DNA of 64,000 nucleotides from an uncultured virus (IMG/VR IMGVR_UViG_2925597055_000005) (taxonomy: Duplodnaviria; Heunggongvirae; Uroviricota; Caudoviricetes). The translations under genes were made by a program, and so were the position numbers. Positions 1-9,900 of the stretch are shown here, piece after piece; the stretch's first letter is position 1; each line of letters opens with the position of its first letter. Under the pieces are notes generated by a model. That model had not been told where the DNA came from. It was given only the letters and a program-made list of their open reading frames with translations, and searched no databases. The stretch spans positions 1 through 64,000 of IMG/VR virus record IMGVR_UViG_2925597055_000005; one strand, given 5' to 3'.

Positions 1-207
1 ATGCGCCTTTATATAAAGCTTGAGGAAATTTTGGACAAACGTGGAATAAAGAAAATGAAATTTGCCGAAGAGGTCGGCGTAAGAAATAATGTAATTTCTG
101 AACTTTGCGCAAACCAACGCAGTACAATAAATCGTGAGCATGTCGCCAAAGTCGCTAAAGGATTAGGCATCACGGACATGAACGAACTATTCGAAATTCG
201 CGACTAA
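1..207 (+). CDS. XRE/Cro-C1 family helix-turn-helix regulator
   Basis: 68 aa, IKLEEILDKRGIKKMKFAEEVGVRNNVISEL HTH pattern. Confidence 0.8.
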   Translation: MRLYIKLEEILDKRGIKKMKFAEEVGVRNNVISELCANQRSTINREHVAKVAKGLGITDMNELFEIRD

Positions 208-217
208 ATATTTCCGA

Positions 218-247
218 TTGATAACCGAACACATATTCGCATATAAT
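218..247 (+). promoter_or_regulatory. SigA promoter with overlapping LexA (Cheo) box
   Basis: TTGATA-N18-TATAAT; CGAACACATATTCG at 226-239 is close to the CGAACRNRYGTTCG consensus. Confidence 0.7.
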
Positions 248-266
248 AAAGCCGGAGGTGTTCGGC

Positions 267-602
267 ATGACTAGCGATAACAAACTGTGGGCTTCGAGTT
301 TTATCTTGCCGGAATTACGTGAAGGCTTTCAGCGATTGGCTGAGGCGAAGCTTAAAGTAGAGAAGCCGCAACTGGACGCGCAGCAGATCGAGGATATGGA
401 AGTGACGGTCGCGCAATCGATGGAAGTAGGCGCAGATTTGTCATTCGAGCTTTACGATGACGGATACATACGCGAAGTAATCGGCGCAGTCCATTACGTG
501 GACCACATACGGAAGGAATTTCGTGTGAAGGACGTACGAGGCGATACTAATTTCGTGAAGTTTGCGGATATCATAAACGTAAAAAATGCCCCATCCGGTT
601 AA
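267..602 (+). CDS. YolD-like family protein
   Basis: RBS GGAGGTG then ATG at 267; NKLW...ILPELRE and KPQLD motifs; SOS box upstream. Confidence 0.75.
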   Translation: MTSDNKLWASSFILPELREGFQRLAEAKLKVEKPQLDAQQIEDMEVTVAQSMEVGADLSFELYDDGYIREVIGAVHYVDHIRKEFRVKDVRGDTNFVKFADIINVKNAPSG

Positions 603-619
603 GGACAGGGCTGTTTTCG

Positions 620-925
620 TTAGCCGACGTTTTTTACCCAGTCGACCGCTATATTCTGTTTACATCGGCGGCAGCTATCGTTAAACTTTCCACTTGTTAC
701 GAAGTTTTTATCGTGTCCGCAGTTCGGGCAGGAATACCGTGCGCCTCCTAACGCGATTGCGAAAAACGGAAGACTGAAGAAGGCGAGTCCTAAACCCGGA
801 AGAATTCCGATAATTGTGAGACATAAAAGCGCCGAAATCAACATAATAAATGAGCCAACGCACAAACTGATAATCCTACCGAATCCGAACTTTTTCTTCG
901 CCACAGTCACCGTTTTATATTCCAC
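620..925 (-). CDS. Small membrane protein with C-terminal Cys4 zinc ribbon (moron-like)
   Basis: Two hydrophobic helices, CPNC and CRRC; own candidate promoter at 960-989. Confidence 0.65.
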   Translation of the reverse strand: MEYKTVTVAKKKFGFGRIISLCVGSFIMLISALLCLTIIGILPGLGLAFFSLPFFAIALGGARYSCPNCGHDKNFVTSGKFNDSCRRCKQNIAVDWVKNVG

Positions 926-959
926 GTTAATTCACCCGTCCTTTATATGAGTTAGTAAA

Positions 960-989
960 ATTATACTACGCCGCCAAACTTATCCGCAA
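960..989 (-). promoter_or_regulatory. SigA-type promoter for 620-925
   Basis: Minus strand TTGCGG-N18-TATAAT followed by TTTACTA. Confidence 0.5.
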
Positions 990-1054
990 TGAGTTTTTAT
1001 GTACGCGAGCACCTACGTATTCATACGCAAGCGCCCGCAAAAGGTTTCGTTATT

Positions 1055-1312
1055 CTATTTCGTAGTTCCCTCTCGCTTTGTTCCGATTTCGAAAAGACCC
1101 GTCGCTGCTAGACCCGCAAAGCCGCCGGCCCACAAACGCAGCACCAAGTCGAGGTCAGTAAACGGATAGGCAATCGCGCCCAACCCGATACCGATGACGA
1201 AGCTGAGAGCCGGCACAATATTCGTCGGCAGCTTAACCGTTTTCTTAACGAGCTGAACGAGCGCCGTTAGGATGGGCGCGAGAATAGTCGCGAAAATTAA
1301 CACTTCTTCCAT
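1055..1312 (-). CDS. Holin
   Basis: 85 aa, three TM segments, basic C-terminus, directly downstream of the endolysin. Confidence 0.8.
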   Translation of the reverse strand: MEEVLIFATILAPILTALVQLVKKTVKLPTNIVPALSFVIGIGLGAIAYPFTDLDLVLRLWAGGFAGLAATGLFEIGTKREGTTK

Positions 1313-1333
1313 AATTATCGTCTCCCTTTTCGT

Positions 1334-2245
1334 TTACTTTACTGTTGCGCCTGTGGACTTCGCGGCATAGATATTTACCTTTCCGAACTGGTCCGTCTTG
1401 ATCGTATACACGTCGGTCTGTGGATTACCGAGAACCTCGTACTTCAGGCCGCCGAATTTCTTAGGACGCAATAATCCGCATTCGTTCCCTTTGACCGGCG
1501 CTTTATTCGTAGGATAGATGCGCCATGAGGCGGCAGACGCCGGAAGGTAGACGTATTTCTTGCCGCTGGATGACGGTTTAGAAGAGCCGCCCGCCCCCGT
1601 CAGTTTTAACACTTGGCCGACCGTAATCTTATTCGCGTTCTTAATGCCATTGTATGCTTGTAACTTCGCCATACTGACGCCAGTTTTCACCGCAATTTCG
1701 GACAAAGTGTCGCCTTTCTTAACGGTGTATGTCGATCCACCGATCTTTGTTTCGGTTTTTGCTGGTGAAGATGGCGCGCCGCTTATACCGGCCTTAAAAG
1801 AGTCCCACCGATCAAGCAACTTGCGCGGACAATACTTACCGGACCAGTGTTGATGTGGAACGACATTTGCAAGGGAAATACCCTGTTCCTTCATGAGCTT
1901 TTTGATCAGCCATTGAGCATTCGTCACGGCTTTCCCAAAATCTCCATCGCTATTCTCACAAATTTCAATACCGATAGATTTCCGGTTGCCGTTTCCGCTG
2001 TTTCCGTCTCCCGCGTGCCATCCGTTTTCATTCAATGGCAGATGTTGATATATCTCTTTTTCGTCAACCGTAAAGTGCCAGCTGGTGGGTGTTTCCGGAT
2101 TTTTCTCATAACGGGCGTGCATGGCTGCGTTTGCCCCTCTCGCCGTGTTCGCCGTGTTGTGAACTGTGATGTATGCCGGATTCATTGCGTATCCCGGTCT
2201 GTTATTGTGTCCTACTGGAATAAAGTCCTTTGTGATTTTCACCAT
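1334..2245 (-). CDS. xlyA: Endolysin, N-acetylmuramoyl-L-alanine amidase (XlyA-like) with LysM
   Basis: Amidase_2 motifs ITVHNTAN, WHAGDG, SIGIEICE, VVPHQHWSGKYCP; LysM YTVKKGDTLSEIA. Confidence 0.9.
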   Translation of the reverse strand: MVKITKDFIPVGHNNRPGYAMNPAYITVHNTANTARGANAAMHARYEKNPETPTSWHFTVDEKEIYQHLPLNENGWHAGDGNSGNGNRKSIGIEICENSDGDFGKAVTNAQWLIKKLMKEQGISLANVVPHQHWSGKYCPRKLLDRWDSFKAGISGAPSSPAKTETKIGGSTYTVKKGDTLSEIAVKTGVSMAKLQAYNGIKNANKITVGQVLKLTGAGGSSKPSSSGKKYVYLPASAASWRIYPTNKAPVKGNECGLLRPKKFGGLKYEVLGNPQTDVYTIKTDQFGKVNIYAAKSTGATVK

Positions 2246-2273
2246 GTTTCATCGTCTCCTTTTTCATAATTTA

Positions 2274-2306
2274 AAAAGCCCGCCGGGACTCTCACCTGAC
2301 GGGCGT
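2274..2306 (-). terminator. Terminator-like hairpin between bhlA and the endolysin
   Basis: CGCCCGTCAGG...CCCGGCGGGC followed by TTTTT on the minus strand. Confidence 0.5.
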
Positions 2307-2321
2307 GTTGCGTTTAATCGG

Positions 2322-2531
2322 TTATTCTCTTCCGCGGAATTTCTCTTCGAGTCTATCGATCTTGTCGATGATGACGTCGTACTTATCGCTAAATTTATCG
2401 AGTAAGTCCTGTAGCCGCGATTCACGCTCCCTGTTCGACTTCATTACGTAAATCAGCAGCCACGTAAAAAGGACCGCGAACGGTCCTTGCGTTAAAAAAT
2501 ATTTGAGTACGTCTAATTCGCCGCCGTTCAA
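2322..2531 (-). CDS. bhlA: BhlA/UviB family holin-like peptide
   Basis: LTQGPFAVLFTWLLIYVMKSNRERE signature. Confidence 0.85.
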   Translation of the reverse strand: MNGGELDVLKYFLTQGPFAVLFTWLLIYVMKSNRERESRLQDLLDKFSDKYDVIIDKIDRLEEKFRGRE

Positions 2532-2534
2532 TAA

Positions 2535-2723
2535 CTACGCCTCCTGTCCGCCTGTTTCTTCCGAAGGTTCTTCGATAGGAGGCTCGTTGAGATCGTAAAC
2601 ATCCCCGGTGATTTTCTCGTATTCTTCCGGCGTTATCCGGCCAGCTCCGACAGTATCGTGAACTTGCTTTTTCGTCCAGAGGCCGGCGTCATAAAGATTT
2701 TTGATACGGGTATACCAAGTCAT
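2535..2723 (-). CDS. XkdX family protein
   Basis: YDAGLWT...GRITPEEYEKITG motif. Confidence 0.8.
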   Translation of the reverse strand: MTWYTRIKNLYDAGLWTKKQVHDTVGAGRITPEEYEKITGDVYDLNEPPIEEPSEETGGQEA

Positions 2724-2993
2724 TTAGTTGCCTCCTGTCGCGATAAGATAATATAAATCCGCTATCTGCTTTTGAAGATTCTCGATTTCATTCGGAGCCG
2801 GCGGATCAGGCTTAATGCTCTCTTTGTATTCCTCCGTCGCCGCCTCGACCCATACGTTATTCTTCTTATCGAATCGCGGCGAGATGATCGACGGATCAGG
2901 CAATACGTCCGTACTGTTTGGCGGCAGCACTTCTACATCGATATCTTCTTCGCCGGCATAGTCGAAATTTTTGTCGTAGTATAAAACGTGCAT
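2724..2993 (-). CDS. Tail fibre assembly/chaperone-like protein
   Basis: ATG at 2993 after AAGGAGG; PPNST..P..PRFD...W pattern; lies before xkdX. Confidence 0.55.
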   Translation of the reverse strand: MHVLYYDKNFDYAGEEDIDVEVLPPNSTDVLPDPSIISPRFDKKNNVWVEAATEEYKESIKPDPPAPNEIENLQKQIADLYYLIATGGN

Positions 2994-3007
2994 TCTGATT
3001 TCCTCCT

Positions 3008-4591
3008 TTACCATAATGGGATACCGATATTAAAGGACACACGCGTAACACTTGCCGAGTCGGTTGCTGAAAAACCATCGAATCTCAAATCGCCGTCAAT
3101 CGTAAAGGCAAAGCGCGCAGTCCCGTAAGATCCGATCGTTGGTACGACAAAGTCCACGGTCTGCGTCGGCTTATAAGTGAATTTGGCAACCGAAGTACCT
3201 GCAGCCGGTAGTGACCCGAATGTACCACGCAGTTTAATTTCGTTATTCGCAACGGAAAACTTGAACGGATAGCTGGCGTTTTGTTGCGCGCCGTTAATCA
3301 AAGTAACGTTATTCCACGTCGCGACCCACGGACTATTCCACTTATCTTTATCCGCCTGTACGACGTGAATGTCCGTTCTGTTGGCGTGGGCATCCACCTT
3401 TGATTGCGCCCCTTCTACCGATTCAAGCTCGCGCCACGACGTCCATGAATCCGAACTCGCGACCTTATTACGCATAAACTTTCGTCGGCCTGACGACGTT
3501 GAGTCGCTGCTGCTATAGGACGTATATTCCTGATAAGCATACGTGCTGTAGTTATTAACGATAAGATAGCCGTTGTTATTTACCGGGGCGTTTAATGCCG
3601 TCGTTGCGCCGCTCATATAATAGAAGCCGGTATCTGTAACCGCATTAAAATCGATGTCTGTCATGTACTGTGCCGCGCCAGTATCCTGCGTCAATTTAAA
3701 CAACTGCGATCCATTCCACTTTTCCTTCTCAACTTTTGATGTGTGGCGTTCTCCGTTGTTGTCGTGTTGGCGAAACGCATAGTAGTCGGCCTGTCTAACA
3801 TTTTCGACGTTACTAAGTCCGATCTGATCCTTTGTCACTGAGTGCGGATTATCAGTCCGGCCTGCGTGTGTGTCCGTGTACGCTTTGCTGTCCGTTAAGG
3901 CCTTGTCGGCTTTTGTCTGCGCACCATCCGGCGTCTCCTGCTTCACATTCTCAACGTTTCCCAAACCGATTTGCGATTTCGTTACGCCATGCGGATTGTC
4001 TGTTCTTTTCGTATGTGTATCCGTATACGATTTCGCATTCTTTTCCGCAGCATCCGCTTTTGCTTGCGCTCCCTCTTTCGTTTCAATATTTTCAAGGTCT
4101 TCGAATTTCTTGCGCAGCTCTTCGACTGTTTCGACCACTTCGTCGTATAAGTCGTTGATTTGTTGGCGCAACGCTTCGAAGTCATCAACGTAGTATTCCG
4201 CCAACGGTACGATATCCGTATCAATCAGCGCCTTGTCGATGGCGAACGAAAACTTATGGATGGAAAGCGCCTGTTTATTCGCGTAATACAGATAAAGTTC
4301 CGCCTGCACATCGCCGCTGTGTCGGATCTCTTCGGCTGATAGAACGTACTGCGCAACCCCTTCGACTTTATCCGTGATCTCTACGCTTCTTATGAACCGG
4401 CTGCCATCCGCCATAAACATGACGAGCTTCCCCGTAACAGCAGACAACGGCAATGGGACGTCATCCTTTGTTAGCGAGAAGATTAAACGTGCAGTATCGA
4501 TGTCTTGCGTGCTGAACTGTATTGCAGTTTTAATATTCGTTTTTGTCCGGCTCGTCACTTCAAACGCAAGTGGCGCGTTATTATATATCAC
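3008..4591 (-). CDS. BppU-family baseplate upper / tail fibre protein
   Basis: N-terminal FSTQDIDTARLIFSL; two DNPHxVTKxQIGLxNVENV repeats; knob-like C-terminus. Confidence 0.75.
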   Translation of the reverse strand: MIYNNAPLAFEVTSRTKTNIKTAIQFSTQDIDTARLIFSLTKDDVPLPLSAVTGKLVMFMADGSRFIRSVEITDKVEGVAQYVLSAEEIRHSGDVQAELYLYYANKQALSIHKFSFAIDKALIDTDIVPLAEYYVDDFEALRQQINDLYDEVVETVEELRKKFEDLENIETKEGAQAKADAAEKNAKSYTDTHTKRTDNPHGVTKSQIGLGNVENVKQETPDGAQTKADKALTDSKAYTDTHAGRTDNPHSVTKDQIGLSNVENVRQADYYAFRQHDNNGERHTSKVEKEKWNGSQLFKLTQDTGAAQYMTDIDFNAVTDTGFYYMSGATTALNAPVNNNGYLIVNNYSTYAYQEYTSYSSSDSTSSGRRKFMRNKVASSDSWTSWRELESVEGAQSKVDAHANRTDIHVVQADKDKWNSPWVATWNNVTLINGAQQNASYPFKFSVANNEIKLRGTFGSLPAAGTSVAKFTYKPTQTVDFVVPTIGSYGTARFAFTIDGDLRFDGFSATDSASVTRVSFNIGIPLW

Positions 4592-4603
4592 TACAAAACC
4601 TCC

Positions 4604-7168
4604 TTAGTGCTGTGGCGTAACGATCATTTGCGCTACACCGTAGCCTTTTTCCGCGTCATACGGAGATTTGATTTTCATAACGGTCCCATAGCCGTCGCTT
4701 TCTGCTTTAGTCGCGATGCCGCCAATTGCTGATACGCTATCCCCTACGGACACTGTTTCGTCAATCCTGACAAAGACTTGGCCGATCAGGCCGATGACAT
4801 GCCATTCGTCACGAGAGTCACGCGGCACATATTCGAGAGTCGGATCATAGTCGGGGTTTAATTTTGGAACGCTTAACTCTTCGCCGCCATCGATGACCGT
4901 TTCGTAAACCAAGCCGCCGAATTCGTTTCTTTCGAACTGATCGTTCCAATAGAACGCCGCGCCTCCGAGCACCAAGCCGGCCGTTTCCGAAACAACTCCG
5001 AGTATCTTATCTCCTTCGCCTGCTTTTCGAATCTTTTCGCCTTCTAGCGCAACGAGATAACTAGAATCAATCTTCTTACCGTCAGCAGATTCGAAATACT
5101 CCGCGAAGTCTTTGAAATCTGAGACGCTTTCTACCCGCCCTGTACCACGAATATGTCCGCCAGTTGAATCGAGTTCCCATTTCGTATTTCCGGTCGAGGC
5201 GCTGCCGCTTCCGTAGCCCCCTCTGACGCTATATCCGTTATCGTTGATAACCCCGTTAGCAGCGAGCACGACCCTCGACGGCCCGTCGCCTTTTGTATGT
5301 GAATTGTTTGACGCTATAACCGCTTGACGCGAAGCTGTTGTGGATGAGCCGCCACTGGCGCCTAAAACGACGTTTCTAGGTCCTTTCGTTGTACATCCGC
5401 CCGTGGTCGCAATGACTGCGCTTGTTTTGTCTAAAACGTGACCTGATGTAGAAGCAGCACGGAACCCACCTTTCACGTTGTTAGGGACGACCGAATGTTT
5501 CTGGCCCCCGAGTACTGCCGCACTTTCGTAACCATACGCCCGGACCATTAAGATATTTGTTTGCGTATTCGGCGATGTAATGCCGGCCGTACCGCTAGAT
5601 ACGTGAAGAATCCCATTTTCCAAGTTTACGTTATAGACACCGCCCCCGATTCCGATACCATTTTGCGCTGAATCATGGATAACGAAATCAGAAATGAGGA
5701 CGTCGTCTGTGCGCTGATCGCCTCCGGTAATGTTGACATCATAGCCGGCCTTTCTAAAACCGGAAATTTGCAGACCAGTTACAGTTATCTTCCGGCTCTT
5801 ATATTGAAAGGCGATCATCGATTTTCCTTTGTAGTCATACGTAGGATCACCGATCGCAGTAAAACCGATTATCTTAACGCGTTGGTACGCCGAGACTACT
5901 AACGCTTTCGGTTCCAGCCCTTCATAAAGCGAATTGTATATAGGCTCTCGCGAAGTACAGTCGATCAATGTTACGTCCCTTGCCGTCTCACTCCACGGAT
6001 CAGTCGCTAAATGGTGTCCGATATGCCGCAAGTCGAATGAACGCACGTCCCGAAAAGATTCGTGTCCGCGAATGTGGACATTACACGGCGCCGGCCACTC
6101 CGTATGTGCCTTCACCTCTACGCCGCGGACATTTCCTTCGGTATAGTTATCAAGAAGCCATACGTGTTTAGATCCGTCATCGACCTCGATACCGTTCGAA
6201 TTAGCTCCGCCCTTACGATGGGCTGTGCCGCGCGGATTTGTCATTACGTTATTGGTGATGAAGATATATTCGCTGTAGTGCGTAGTGATCCCGTCATCAC
6301 CGTAACCATAGCCGACGCAGCGATCGATCCAGACGTACTTACTTCCTGTTGCGGTGTAATCCTTCGCTGTAATATCGTAGGTTGGGGCCGATATGTCGAA
6401 ACAGTGGAGCCCCGGATTAATGCCTTCGACCTCCCGGATGATACCGAACTTCACTTGCGCGAAAGTTAAACAGCTCGAATGGATTCCGCCAGTTGAACTA
6501 ACGCCGCCTTGACGATCCGGATTCCAGTCGAGTGACATTCCTTGGACTACGATATTCCGGTTGCCGGATGCCGGGTCCGCGTTAATGATGACCCATTCGC
6601 TCGCCGGCGTATCTTCGTGTAGCTTCAACGTAGTAACGCCCATACCTTGACCGATCAAATACGTCCATGACGGCAACTTGATGCCTTTAACGATATACGT
6701 GCCTGCCGATAGATTTAGCCGCACCTTACCGTTCCCGATCGCCTTTTTAAACGCTTCTGTACTATCGTTAACGCCTGTCGGATCGGCTCCGTAGTCGTCA
6801 ACGTTTACATCGCGCTCAATTTTGCGTAAAAGCTTGTTATACTCTTTGTCAAGCCGCTCCTTCAATAAAGGCGCGATGTTCCCTTCCGCATCCACACGAG
6901 CGTCAACGACCTCTTTTACGTTTGTACCGTCCGCGTTAAGGATCAGATTTCTGATGCGGTTATACAGGCCGTCGATATATGTGCGCAAAGAAAAACCGCC
7001 ATGGTCGATCTGATCCGACGTGTGGGCGGTTTTAGCGTTCTTATGTGCGGCCAGTTCCGCATATGACCCTTTAATATCGTCCGCAATGTCATCGAGGTTC
7101 TGGTTGTGGTCGTTACGAAAAACACGGTCCCACGCTGCCCCGGCCTTTCTGTACGGAAATTTCGGCAT
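4604..7168 (-). CDS. Pre-neck appendage-like tailspike (pectin-lyase fold, C-terminal peptidase G2-type chaperone)
   Basis: VNVDDYGADPTGVNDSTEAF beta-helix start; DFAEYFES...W..IGLIGQ chaperone domain. Confidence 0.8.
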   Translation of the reverse strand: MPKFPYRKAGAAWDRVFRNDHNQNLDDIADDIKGSYAELAAHKNAKTAHTSDQIDHGGFSLRTYIDGLYNRIRNLILNADGTNVKEVVDARVDAEGNIAPLLKERLDKEYNKLLRKIERDVNVDDYGADPTGVNDSTEAFKKAIGNGKVRLNLSAGTYIVKGIKLPSWTYLIGQGMGVTTLKLHEDTPASEWVIINADPASGNRNIVVQGMSLDWNPDRQGGVSSTGGIHSSCLTFAQVKFGIIREVEGINPGLHCFDISAPTYDITAKDYTATGSKYVWIDRCVGYGYGDDGITTHYSEYIFITNNVMTNPRGTAHRKGGANSNGIEVDDGSKHVWLLDNYTEGNVRGVEVKAHTEWPAPCNVHIRGHESFRDVRSFDLRHIGHHLATDPWSETARDVTLIDCTSREPIYNSLYEGLEPKALVVSAYQRVKIIGFTAIGDPTYDYKGKSMIAFQYKSRKITVTGLQISGFRKAGYDVNITGGDQRTDDVLISDFVIHDSAQNGIGIGGGVYNVNLENGILHVSSGTAGITSPNTQTNILMVRAYGYESAAVLGGQKHSVVPNNVKGGFRAASTSGHVLDKTSAVIATTGGCTTKGPRNVVLGASGGSSTTASRQAVIASNNSHTKGDGPSRVVLAANGVINDNGYSVRGGYGSGSASTGNTKWELDSTGGHIRGTGRVESVSDFKDFAEYFESADGKKIDSSYLVALEGEKIRKAGEGDKILGVVSETAGLVLGGAAFYWNDQFERNEFGGLVYETVIDGGEELSVPKLNPDYDPTLEYVPRDSRDEWHVIGLIGQVFVRIDETVSVGDSVSAIGGIATKAESDGYGTVMKIKSPYDAEKGYGVAQMIVTPQH

Positions 7169-7182
7169 TTTATTCCTCCTCG

Positions 7183-9060
7183 TTATTTATTTTCTAGTGC
7201 TGTTAGCCGCTGGTTTATAGATTCCAGTTGTTGCGGTAAAGTAGAGATATCAACGGTTTCGGTACCAACCTTTATGTGCTTTAATTTTGTAAAGTCCGCT
7301 GCGCTCATAAGGCCGTTATTTGTTTCAGAAGCCAACACAATAGACACTTGGCCGTCTGGTCCTAAAACTATGCTGGCTAATTTCGTAAAGTCTGCCGAAC
7401 TCATTAATCCGTCAGTTGTTGTGCTCGCAAGCGAATACCGCGGTATCTGAGACGGATCATATCCAGTCTCAAATTGCGTATACTGACCGATAGTAACAGC
7501 GCTGCTTTTTATCTTTCCGGTGGTCCCATCGATAACCTTTCCGATCACCTTCTTAGTACGGTTAAATTCGGAAACGATGTCGGTTGAGCTTTTCGTAAGC
7601 GTACCGAGTGTATATTTCGGAGACTTACTCGGGTCCGAATAATCCTCTTTTTCGGTCACGCGAAGCTGAACATCTATCCCGAAAGGATCGAGAATACACC
7701 AAACGTAGTCACCTTTGCGAATGTCCTGAATACCCATTTCGAGAAGCTCGACGTAAGTTAAAGTAATCGAGATATCGATGCGATCGTATAATTCGTTTTT
7801 TATTCGCTCGAGTAGATCCGCTTTTATAGTGTAACGATCATCTCGAACGGGATCAGCATGCCGTATACCGAGCACCGACGCTAGTGGACTCGTATACTCC
7901 GCTTCTATTCCCTTACCGAAACCCCGGATATAGGTTTTTATGTCGCTCGTATCGATTTCCTGTTGCGGATCTTGAACGTTAAATTTATACCGGATCTGAT
8001 TATCAGTAACGCGGGCGATTTCTTTCGCTACAAATATAACGTTTTGTACACATTCGAATTCAGCTCCGAATTTCTTAACGATATCTTCCAGGAGCGAAAG
8101 CGAATTAGCATCGCCGAAATTCTCGATAGTTACCGATGTTGGGAGTCCGGTCGTATCAACGCTATATGCGTAAGGTGTGCCGGACAGCGCGATCTCTAAC
8201 GCGGCTTCTGGGCGATATGCCTTTTCGCCTTTTTGTGTATCGTAAACATAGTTATCGCGCAAATCTATAAACATTTTGTGAACCGCAGTAGCTTCGATTT
8301 TAATAGATTCACCGATAGGCTTAGTATTAAGCTTCTTTATAACGTAAAATTCCGACTTGTATTCGAATATGTTATCGTTCTTAATTAAAGCAACCGCATG
8401 TTCGTTTACGACAGTCCTTACCCCTGAAACGCTTATCGTTTTTTCGTTGTTTATGCCACTATTTCGAGTTACGCTAAATCCGGCGAGCAATTCAACCGAT
8501 CCCGTAAGAGAGTGCACGAATAGATCCGTACTTACTTCGTCTTCATACGGTATCGGTGCTGGCGTTTCTGGGGTTTCCGGTTTAGTGTCGCTAGATGACG
8601 TATCATATTGCGTTAATTTATACGTTGATATAATGCTGTTTAACTTAGTCGCGTATGATGGGTCGGTTGCGTATCCGGCTTTCACTAGTGCAGCCGTGGC
8701 TTTTTTGTAATCAGTTTCGCCTACGACAGCTTTGTAATGGTTCGGGTCCCAACTCGTTCCGTTAACGTAAAGCTTGGCGAGGTCCTGCATTGATTCATAC
8801 CACGAAGGGTACTTACGAAACTTTGCGTCTACTTGCACGCTTCTTCCGTCGATTACTTCCCACGTCTTCATAATTACGTACTGACCGTTATATTCGCCCT
8901 TAACACCGAAAAGGTTTTTTCCGTTTACCGCGAGGCCACTAGTTCCGTAGGCACTCTCAAGACAGCCTTGCGCAATGATGAGGCTCGCAAGCACTTTATA
9001 TTTAACGAAAATCTTTTGCGCATCCGGGGCGATTTCCTTAATAAAGCTGGCGCTACTCAT
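7183..9060 (-). CDS. Tail-associated lysin (Tal) with N-terminal GH73 glucosaminidase
   Basis: IIAQGCLESAYG, NLFGVKG, FRKYPSW, GYATDPSYA; follows Dit; two DGLMSxADFTKL-like repeats. Confidence 0.8.
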   Translation of the reverse strand: MSSASFIKEIAPDAQKIFVKYKVLASLIIAQGCLESAYGTSGLAVNGKNLFGVKGEYNGQYVIMKTWEVIDGRSVQVDAKFRKYPSWYESMQDLAKLYVNGTSWDPNHYKAVVGETDYKKATAALVKAGYATDPSYATKLNSIISTYKLTQYDTSSSDTKPETPETPAPIPYEDEVSTDLFVHSLTGSVELLAGFSVTRNSGINNEKTISVSGVRTVVNEHAVALIKNDNIFEYKSEFYVIKKLNTKPIGESIKIEATAVHKMFIDLRDNYVYDTQKGEKAYRPEAALEIALSGTPYAYSVDTTGLPTSVTIENFGDANSLSLLEDIVKKFGAEFECVQNVIFVAKEIARVTDNQIRYKFNVQDPQQEIDTSDIKTYIRGFGKGIEAEYTSPLASVLGIRHADPVRDDRYTIKADLLERIKNELYDRIDISITLTYVELLEMGIQDIRKGDYVWCILDPFGIDVQLRVTEKEDYSDPSKSPKYTLGTLTKSSTDIVSEFNRTKKVIGKVIDGTTGKIKSSAVTIGQYTQFETGYDPSQIPRYSLASTTTDGLMSSADFTKLASIVLGPDGQVSIVLASETNNGLMSAADFTKLKHIKVGTETVDISTLPQQLESINQRLTALENK

Positions 9061-9072
9061 TTCGGACCTCCC

Positions 9073-9900
9073 TTATAAATAATAAAAACGGAAGTCGAAT
9101 TTTATTTCGAAGCTTCCGCTTGTTCCCGTCATCTTAAAATTGTTCCATCCGGGAGCTAGTCGAATCACTCTTCGATTCGTCTGCCCGAAGACACTTACGT
9201 TGTTCTTTTTAACCTGAACTCTATTGAGCGACAGAACATCCGATGTGCTAGTTGCCCCGTTGTACGTAAATACGTCTCCCATCGTTTTATTTGTGATCGT
9301 CAGCTTGTTAGAAGCCCCTTTATACGTAATAATCAACGGCAACTCCCTCGGATCTATTTCTTCAGTACCTGCGTTAAAGATTCGGAAAGTATTAGTTTTG
9401 AACGAATACTTGTAATCTTCATCGGTCAACCCTTCGCCTATTTGCCATAGATCGGAATCGAAAGCAAACGGGCTTAACGTAGTTCCTACCGATTCAGAAA
9501 ACGGCTTAAATGACTTGAATGAGATATCAAAAAAACCGTATATCCGGTTCTGATCGATAGAGTACTCTTGATTCGTTTTCACAAGCCACCGCTTTCCTGG
9601 ATTATAACCGTCAGTAATATAAAAAGCCTGCCGCGAATCGAATAAAGCGAAAACCTCATCTCGCATAAGGTGGTAATCGGTTAGATCTGCTGCTTTCATA
9701 TAAAAGGAACAGTCGATGATGCGCGGGCCATAAACCGTTCCTAAATCTACCTCGCCTTGTGCGCCCTCTATGCTTTCCGATGAGTGAATAGGCGATGGAG
9801 ATCTCGGTTTAAATTCTTTAAGCGTTATCCCCAACGATTCCAGATCGTAAGTAATGCCATTTAATTTCGTTATTGTCAGATTTAACAACCGCTCCATCAC
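9073..9900 (-). CDS. Distal tail protein (Dit)
   Basis: Follows TMP; ends IRLAPGWNNF...IKFDFRFYYL. Confidence 0.8.
   Translation of the reverse strand: MMERLLNLTITKLNGITYDLESLGITLKEFKPRSPSPIHSSESIEGAQGEVDLGTVYGPRIIDCSFYMKAADLTDYHLMRDEVFALFDSRQAFYITDGYNPGKRWLVKTNQEYSIDQNRIYGFFDISFKSFKPFSESVGTTLSPFAFDSDLWQIGEGLTDEDYKYSFKTNTFRIFNAGTEEIDPRELPLIITYKGASNKLTITNKTMGDVFTYNGATSTSDVLSLNRVQVKKNNVSVFGQTNRRVIRLAPGWNNFKMTGTSGSFEIKFDFRFYYL

Noticed and set aside
3800..4020. Duplicated segment in the BppU gene as a diversity-generating or invertible element
   Set aside because: Ordinary tail-fibre protein repeats; no reverse transcriptase or invertase nearby.
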